A stretch of 55,515 nt of DNA, filler included, from Catajapyx aquilonaris (lineage: Eukaryota), in NCBI GenBank assembly GCA_000934665.2. It is 3 parts of 3 records of this genome, joined end to end, with 100 filler letters (N's around TTAATTAATTAA, not from the genome) between each part and the next. Parts side by side here need not be neighbours in the genome. Positions count along the whole stretch, not along the records: positions 36,983 to 55,515 come from JYFJ02006710.1; 2 more parts are not named here. The stretch is one strand, 5' to 3'. Numbering within the stretch: the first letter of the stretch is position 1; every line of letters begins with the position of its first letter. The notes under the pieces are model-generated. The model searched no databases. It had not been told where the DNA came from and was given only the letters and a program-made list of their open reading frames with translations. The position numbers and the translations under genes were made by a program. This document shows, in pieces, positions 47,257-55,515 of the stretch.

Positions 47257-47586
47257 CTCTCCTGCCAAATCCTATTGAGAATCTGTCGATATTTTAGCAA
47301 AGCTCACATTATTTTGTAAATGTGACTTGTTGACAATTTTGTGTTCTCGTTGGGGAGCAGCGGCTCCCGGCAAAATCACAAATCCATCCAACGCTCTATC
47401 CACTTGACTACCATCAGCTCTTCCTTGCATTCGTCCCTTCTCGCCCGACCTCTATACGGAGGCCAAAATTCGGATGATTCTGTCGCTCATATTTCGGAAA
47501 CGGCTGGATAGTGTCAGTTAACACTTTCACCACTGTGTCTATCGCACATGAATGACCCCTCAAGCAAGTTTCAACCAAACTCTTAT

Positions 47587-48002
47587 AATTACATTTAGTA
47601 TTACTTGAACGACATTTACATTAATGTACTCATAGTACGTTTTGTAACTGCCACTTACGAATCCCTACTTACTACCTGAACTTGAAAGCTGAAGCCGATC
47701 GAGGACGTTTGGCTCCCAGAAATGTGTTAGCGGTTGTTGTCGACGTGAATGCATCTGGGTTCTACCAGTTGGGCACCGAAGAAGGAATTTTTAGAGAGGA
47801 TGTATGCTCGCAATGAGTTCACACCCGCTGATTCCAATATTATTTTGATAGATCTGATCGAAGTTCCTTCCACCAGATCTGTCTCTTCGATCGGCTTCAG
47901 CTTTAAATTCAGGTAGTAAGCAGGGATTCATAAGTTGCAGTTGCAAAAAGTACTGCACTGATAGGAAATGCAAATGTCGATCAAGCAATATTAAGTGCAA
48001 TT
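47587..48002. mobile_element. Foldback MITE
   Basis: cttactacctgaacttgaaagctgaagccgatcga is inverted to tcgatcggcttcagctttaaattcaggtagtaag, and the outer arms also pair. Confidence 0.7.
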
Positions 48003-48112
48003 CTAAGTGTCATTGGAACAGTGCCTGCAAGAACAAATAGACTAATAATAATTGAAGGATAACAGTTCCTGGAAGAAGATGTACTAAGTAATAATGGTAA
48101 TAAATATTTGTA

Positions 48113-48737
48113 GGTAAAACTTCCATAAGACGAACTTCCCTAAGTCGAAGTTCTCCATAAGTCTAAGAAAATGACGAGCTTGGTTGGTCACAATGTAAAA
48201 TAATAGGAAATAAACTTCCCTAACTCGAATTTCTATAACTCGAAGTTCTCCATAACTCCAAGTGCAGGCAGGGCCTTGCGATGGGATATCAATGCATTTT
48301 CAGTCTCCCTAAGTCCAAGTAAGTTCATGTTGGCGAGTATGGAAAATTTTCTCATTTACCAGCCAAAGAGACTAGAGTACAGACATGTACAGAAAGCTGA
48401 CAGAAAGGCTTCAATATCCTGTTCTCCGTCTATCAGACGTACCGAAAGAAGTGTTTGACTCGATTGTGACAATTGAATCCTTGAATCTAAGAGTCTTAGG
48501 CAAATGCCCGTAACGGAGTTTTTTTTTCCACAACAAAACAACGAGGAACATTAAAATAATGTAAGTGTGATAGTGACAGTTATTTTTAAGTTTTGAACAC
48601 CTTTCGTCGCTGCATATGAAGGTAGGCTTCCTTATAGCGTTATGTGCTCAAAAAAGCCTAACTTCTCTGACTCGAATCTTCTATAACTCGAAGTTTTTTC
48701 CGGTCCCATGGAGATTCGACTTACGGAAGTTTTACTA
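48113..48737. mobile_element. Tigger-type MITE
   Basis: gtaaaacttccataagacgaa / ttcgacttacggaagttttac; inverted partial relative at 41366-41559. Confidence 0.75.
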
Positions 48738-50416
48738 ATAGTTCCCGGAAAATAAACAGCATCATCAAATAATGCTAAGTAACTTATTTCAAGCATTTGC
48801 CAAACAACAATAGGGTGATTTATTTCCAACATCTACTGTACATGGCATAGTGGGAAAGCGGAAACTGCCACAACTAGTTATCTAGTCTTCTAAACCAGCC
48901 ATCCCGAAACGAAATTATTGGCGTCCTGGCGTTTAAGTTTAGCCCAGGGCATCGTTCTGGCCTTTTTAAAAAGCGCATTTAGGGGTCTGGCCGTTTCATT
49001 AAAACGTCCATTCTGCAGAATGGACTGTTTGACATGGAGCATTCTGCAGTCTGGACGATTTTTTCTCCCAATGACCGTTTTCGGGGTTTGAGCGTAACAT
49101 ATACACTACACTAACTGTAAGAGAAAGTTGTATTCTTCAGATTTCAAATGCAGATCCTACTAACCACCTTATCTTAATGCCACCCACTACAAATAACTCG
49201 CTGAGATATCTGATAGCGATTAGAGGCTCGGCAAGACGCGGAGTTGTCACATACCATGCATTTGACATAAGGTACAGTACCTTGGTAATTACCATCCAAA
49301 GGACATGAGGATGACTCCGTGTCTACCCGAGCCTCTTTACTCCTCAGTTATCTTGTTTGGCGATGCGGAGTAGTGTGGCATTCAGAAAGGCAGTGGGTGG
49401 GACAATATTCCACTAGCGGCACTTCTTCGTACCGAAAGGTTAGAGAAAGCACAACTTGATAACGTAGAGAACATATATTTTCCTGGTTTACCCTAGATTT
49501 CCACAATTTATACCTTAGATTGGAATTGGTAATTAGCTGCTCTCTACAGAACCTACCTTAAACCTATCTTCGCCATATTTAGTCCTCAACAGGATCTGCC
49601 AGACTATCTGGCTTCTCTGCGCAGGTGTGAAGAAGGACTCCCTATCCTTAATTATGAACCTAGAAAGACGAATTTGCTTACTGGGGGAGGCACGAAATCT
49701 AGGCAATTGATATTTTGGCGAGATGCCTTACAAGCTTTCTTTGTTTCTGTTGAAGGCTGCCATGAAAAAGGATGGCTCCTCTGGAATACGTCTGTGATCT
49801 AGCTCGAATGGATTTTTTAAACTTCGAAAGGGCCACCTTTTCTTAGTCTGAAATTCCTCTTCTCTTTCCTGAAAACAGATGTAGGAGCTTTTAGAATAAT
49901 GCCGGTAAATGACGGTCAATTTACCATGCCATCTGTATTGGTCAAATAATTCTCTTGGACGCGAGTTTCCATTTGCCTTACCTTCAAGTGTAATAGTGAG
50001 TTTCATGCACCGTTAGAAAGCTCATTTATTGAGATTTTTAAGTGAATGATTCATCTAGACTTGAAGGTGAGTTCGTAGGGTGAGAACGTCCGAGAAGTTT
50101 CAGCCAATACTTATCCGAGCTCAATACTGTATTATGACGGCGGCATTTCTTTCAAATAAAAGCGTCACTAATAATAATTGAAAATAGTATATAAATGTGT
50201 TTGTCACAACATGCAGCTAATGATGGGATGAATGTCTATCGCTCTATTGGTGTTTTTGTAGGGGGATATGCAATTGATATCTCTAAGACTGAAGAAGTAG
50301 TACCTACCATGCCGTTATCTTAAATTCCGATTTTTCATCATTTTATGAGTCTGTGAGAATGAAAAGTGCCCAAGTGCACTCTAAGGGAGAGGCATCCCCC
50401 TGTTACTCCTACGATA

Positions 50417-50655
50417 TGGTAGTTTAATTACAGAGTCTCCACCAGCCCGAAATTTTGGCGCTGGCGCATCTCCACAGGCATCTATCGCTGCCAGCCACCC
50501 GAATCCTAGTCTACGAACGCCCTCAGAGGAAAGCACGGTTTGGGTTGGTTCAGAGGGAAGCCAACCCGCACCGACCCCCCCCCCCCCCCCNTTCCTGTGG
50601 GGCCGCCCTAGCGCCAAATGCCCGGTCTGGCGGAGACGGTGTAATTAAACTACTG
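50417..50655. mobile_element. Small MITE
   Basis: gtagtttaattacagagtctcc...ggagacggtgtaattaaactac, ~45-bp imperfect TIRs. Confidence 0.6.
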
Positions 50656-50780
50656 TCACCACAGGGCTAGGTTGGAAGAACCAGGGTGTTGGAGAGAGGC
50701 AAAACGTATTCCTGGCGAAACCAATTGAAACATTTTTATTTCCAACCTTCCCCTCCTGCAGATCAAGCACATGTTGCTCT

Positions 50781-52089
50781 TAGTCCAGGTGCTAAGGGAC
50801 AAATTTGTCCCAAACTTTGCATTTTGTGACAAAAGTATGAAACTCTGTACACTTGTTCTTTGGACACTTCTGATCATATCTGGACGTGGGCATATGGACG
50901 TGGGGCCACGATGGGTGACCCCACCGGGGGTCACTTTCACAGCGTTGCTATAACTACCAGATGCAGCATCCTTTAGGACCTTGTATTCGGTGACAAAAAC
51001 ATGAAACTCGCCACAATTGGTCTTTTGACACTTCTGAACATGTCTGGAAGTGAGGCCACTATGGATGACCCATCTGGGGGTCACTCGCAGGGTTGCCAGA
51101 TATAATGGGCTCTCTACGTAAACTATGTGAATAGGGAACTTGGATTCGGTGATAAAGGCGTGAAACTCGGTACAAGTGTTCTTTCCATACTTCCGAACAT
51201 ATCTGGACGTGGGGCCACAATGACCCACCCCGATGGAGGGCATTATCGCTACGTTGCACTATGTTGCACATTCTGTTAAATATGGCAACCCCGAGAGAGT
51301 TCCCTCCATCGGGATGGGTCATTGTGGTCCCGCGTCCAGATATGTTGGGAAGTGTGCAAAGAACTATATTGTACCGAGTTTCACGCGGTTTCACGTTTTT
51401 ATCACCGAATGCAAGCTCCCTATTCACATAGTTTACGTAGAGAGCCCATTAGATCTGGCAACCCTGCGAGTGACCCCCAGCTGGGTTATCCATAGTGGCC
51501 TCACTTTCAGACATGTTCAGTAGTGTCCAAAGACCAATTGGGGCGAGTTGCATGTTTTATCAGTGTTTTATCACCGAATGCAAGGCCCTTATTAATGTAA
51601 AGGTATGCAGCACATGTTCGATTTGGCAACTCCGAGATAGTGACCCCTGGCGGGGCCACCAGGGGCCACCCGCCGTGGCCCCACGTCCAGATGTGTTCAG
51701 ATGTGTTCAAAGAACTACAGTACCGAGTTTCACGATTTTATCACCGAATGCTAGCTCCCAATTCACATGATCTTCGCATGGTATGTCGGGTCCGTTAGAT
51801 CTGGCAACCCTGAGAATAACCCACAGCGGGGTCAGTCAACATGGCCTCACATCCAGACATGTTCAGAAGTGTTCAAAGACAAATTGCGGCGAGTTTCATG
51901 TTTTTGTATACAAGGTCCTAAAGGATGCTGCATCTGGTAGTTATAGCAACTCTGTGAAAGTGACCGCCGGCGGGGTCATCCATCGTGGCCCCACGTTTAG
52001 ATATGATCAGAAGGGTCCAAAGAACAGGTGTACCGAGTTTCATACTTTTGTCACAAAATGGAAAGTTCAACCCCTTAGCACACGGACTA
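50781..52089. mobile_element. Foldback element with TAG...CTA termini and internal subrepeats (Academ-like, non-autonomous)
   Basis: tagtccaggtgctaaggg / cccttagcacacggacta; long inverted arms built from repeated ccccacgtccagatatgttc...gagtttcac units. Confidence 0.65.
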
Positions 52090-52937
52090 TTTTTGCAGCG
52101 CGTTATGTGTTAATCGTCTTTTAGTTACCCGAATTTCGCTCTCGATTATGAAGTTGATGTTTTTGTGGACTCCTATGGAAATATTCATACTATTCGCACA
52201 GGACCCTTCATGAGCTGGGTATTTAACAATATAAATCGCCAATAATTAGGAAAAAGGTTGCCTTTAGCCTTTTCATTCTCACCGACTCATATGAAGACTG
52301 AAATGCAGAGCAATCAGAAACACATTTTTGTTCGCAATTATTGAGTTAGGCAATGTTTAGAGTGGCCCTAGCCATGATTTCCTGATGGTCGAGACAGAGT
52401 CTGACAGAGAAATATATTACAGCCTCCGAGAGGGGTGGGGGGGNGGATGCAAACTTCAACCCATCATTTATGGAAATTAGGTGACCCATCTCGTTCTTCA
52501 TTTCAGCTCTTCATAATTATGTTACGTGATATAGGCTGCAACGCTAATACAATGTGATCATGATACCATATGGGTAGGGCTTTCTGTATCGAAAGTCCTA
52601 TCTGGCATTTTGTCTAATTATAACCCACACTTAATACGCTACAGCAATGCAAAGTTAGGGAGCACAGTTCTTAAGAGCGATTTATATATAGGCAGTTATT
52701 TGTCCAAAAGCAATATCCAATAAGGACTGAGAAGTTCCTCACTGACCCTGTTTGCCACACGACTGGGGATCAGCATGCGCAATTGGTACATAAGACAAAT
52801 TCGCCTGTTCCGAATTACTCGTCCGGAGCAAATTGAAAGAAAATTACAACAGAAAGTGAAATAGGGCGATTTAGAACCTGTTTATTTATGTTCTAAAGGC
52901 GTCACTATGCCAAGAACAGTACTCCCAAATGATGTAT

Positions 52938-53270
52938 GGGAGGCGGAGTGGTGCTGCGGTAACGTATGCGCCCACGGATGTTAAGGTCCCGGGTTCGATC
53001 CCAACCCGGGGACACCCCCTTCATCTCGTGCAGAGTTCAGGGTCACCTCTGGCTTCGTCTCGGGTGGTATTTCCAATAGACTAACTAAACCACCCGGGAG
53101 AGTTCACTAAAAATGACCAAGGATAAGACATTGCACTGCACCTTGCACATCCCCTCCTGTCATCCTGCCCGTGGGCCCAGGCGTTACGTATAAAGGTTCC
53201 AAATGTACTTGACATGTAATAAATAAAGGTCCGTGCTGCATACCTCAGATGAGGTCAAGCACTACCCCGG

Positions 53271-53333
<63 letters not shown>

Positions 53334-53340
53334 GTATTAT
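52938..53340 (+). mobile_element. tRNA-derived SINE, family A
   Basis: Near-identical to 6434-6804; 16-bp TSD tactcccaaatgatgt (52920-52935, 53341-53356). Confidence 0.93.
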
Positions 53341-53866
53341 TACTCCCAAATGATGTGCAAAGCTAGTTTTGTTTTCCACAAAATGCCAAAGGACGTTTTG
53401 ATCCAGAATGATACTGTATGTTCTACACTTATGGTATCACGCTCCTATTGTCATTACACCCTGTGTACAGGGTGGTCAGTAATATGCTTCAGTTAGGGTG
53501 ATTCTTGGCTATTATAAGACCAAAAGAATTTTATTGAATTCATAATATTTGTTTACAAACTATCGTAATATTGGCAATGTTGGTTTGGTCACAATAAGTA
53601 ATTAGTTAATTAATTAATTAATAATCATGCTTCATTTTTGTTTACGTACATCATTTGTGAGGATGTGTCACGGCTTTTGATGGCAAGAAGGTTCATAAGA
53701 GATGAGATGCAAAGTGATCTATCTCGAAAGAGAATGAATTTTCAGGAGAGCCGATTTTCTATACGACCATTTCGCTTGTAGTGGTGTCCACGGGTGCCCA
53801 CCGCGGGATATTTTATCAGTGTTCACCAGAGGACTATTTACCAGCAAGATGACATCAATAATTATT

Positions 53867-54102
53867 GAAGGGCTCTCTGTAATAAGAAGGTATGTGCACT
53901 CATGACTTTTTTCCTGAGTTTTAAAGCGAAAAGCCTATAAACCAGGTAAGACCACATTGTCCACATTGCAGAGAACCCTTACCTGGAAGGGTTCTCTGCA
54001 GTAACGAGGTATGTGGACTTACCTCTGGTTTATAGGCTTTTCGCTTTAAAACACAGGAAAAAGTCCTAAGTGCACATACCTGCTTATTGCAGAGAGCCCT
54101 TC
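53867..54102. mobile_element. Palindromic MITE
   Basis: gaagggctctctg...cagagagcccttc with near-complete arm symmetry; AT-rich 4-bp flanks (tatt/aatt). Confidence 0.75.
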
Positions 54103-55515
54103 AATTACTGAGTTATTAAACGTCCTCTAGCCAATAGAGGTCACTTAAGAAAATTGCGTACGAGGCAAACTAATTTTTTATTGTGCACAAAAAAATCTTT
54201 TGACAATTTTAAATGGACTAATCAGTAGCTTGGAAGGTCCCCCACTACACGTGCTGGCATAGTTATCTCAAAAATTTTATTTTTCGAAGATATATCACTT
54301 TGCATCTCACATCATATAATAGCCTAATGTTACCATTGTGCGTATAGAGAATACCTTGCAGGTCATATCACCTGTCATGCTAGACGTGTGGTATGACATA
54401 ATTATTCCTTATGCCACATAATTTATTATCAAACCAAATTTGATGCAAGCGCCATTACTGTACCACGCAGCTGAAAATGACTTAAGTAACAGTATTTTGG
54501 TATTAGAATAGGCTAAGGAATAGCCCTGCCAGAAGCAAATGTAGTTGTCACTCACTATTCTGGGGAGTCAGCTCAAGCAGTTTGCTAGGGCCATTTCTGT
54601 ATATCGCGTGATATGGAAATCTGCTCCCATCCGCATCGGTAAAATTTCGCGAAGGTTTATTTCCACTCTCTTCCATTGCCACATCTTAAAGTGTAGCAGA
54701 AATTTCAGCACATCGTTATACTATAGAAATATTACACTATGCAACATAAATCAACATTTTTTCTGTCCATGGGAATTCATTGCCATTTTCGGGTTCATTG
54801 GGTCACTCGTAACTCATAATGAGCATTAATTTTGCCTGGGATTTATTTTTGACCTCGGGGCAGTCGAAAAACCAAAATCCTCAAAATATAGGGGTCTTTC
54901 CGAATCAAGTGGGCCGAAATGTTGCAAGATCATTTTGAATTTTTCGGATAAAAATCACAGCTGCACACATCTATGCCATAACACTGCATATCAAGTTTTA
55001 GTCAAATTGCTAAATACCGTGGGGAGGGAAAAATTGCGAAAATGTGGAAATGGGTCATTCTTTGCAGAATTTTTTTCGGTTAATGGAAGGGGTCAAAACC
55101 CAATAAACATACTGTATATCAAATGAAAGAGAATCACAAAGGAATGCGCCTATGAAATTAGTTTTCATTGAAAATGTACCCAGAACAAAGTGGGTGACAT
55201 TCTCTTAGTCACATGCTCAGTCACATGTCCAAGAACTTGGACCCCGAGTATTAGTAATGAATTTGAGTTACAACAGTCACATTTGGTGACACGAGTTGTG
55301 ACCCACACAAGGTTTATTATGTCCAGTTTGAGAGCCTGGCGCATTCATAGTTCGCGAGAAATAATAGATGTTTTTGCATAATGGAGTCCTAGCCTTGGTC
55401 TGGGATTTGGGATTTTTGTTCATAAATAGCTAGCCCATGCTTGTAAACACACATTCCATCACTGTGTTGCATCAAAATGACATTACTGGATAAATTACGG
55501 AATATTTGAAAGTGC

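Larger units (their letters stand above)
44275..47578. mobile_element. Foldback MITE (arms ~44275-44490 and ~47350-47578) expanded by insertions
   Basis: ~215-bp diverged inverted repeat. Confidence 0.65.
43215..49106. mobile_element. Long-TIR element (arms 43215-43738 and 48737-49106) enclosing nested insertions
   Basis: gtgtatatgttaggctcaaacc / ggtttgagcgtaacatatacac and ~370 bp of inverted similarity; no TSD seen. Confidence 0.55.

Noticed and set aside
49728..50006. Ginger/GIN-like integrase N-terminus (RKEKRNFRLRK..FEV in an alternative frame)
   Set aside because: One short weak motif, with no zinc finger or DDE core nearby

Overview
Eukaryotic, probably arthropod, genomic DNA. Three contigs are joined by artificial 100-bp spacers (N-run/TTAATTAATTAA/N-run) at 18398-18497 and 36883-36982. 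Contig 1 carries the last six coding exons of a Pellino E3 ligase gene (293-5052, +), then a field of tRNA-SINEs, a Helitron and nested MITEs. Contig 3 is almost entirely nested non-autonomous transposons. Contig 2 (18498-36882) is different: it has no full SINEs and is densely packed with intronless, stop- and frameshift-riddled protein-like reading frames on both strands. It reads as a decayed endogenous large-DNA-virus-like or giant mobile element. By eye it contains remnants of a TERT/Penelope-like reverse transcriptase (minus strand, ~30.9-31.9 kb) ending at a 20-bp palindromic tandem array, a convergent family-B DNA polymerase-like gene, a cyclin-like gene and a MATH-like gene. These calls come from manual motif reading across frameshifts and need profile searches.
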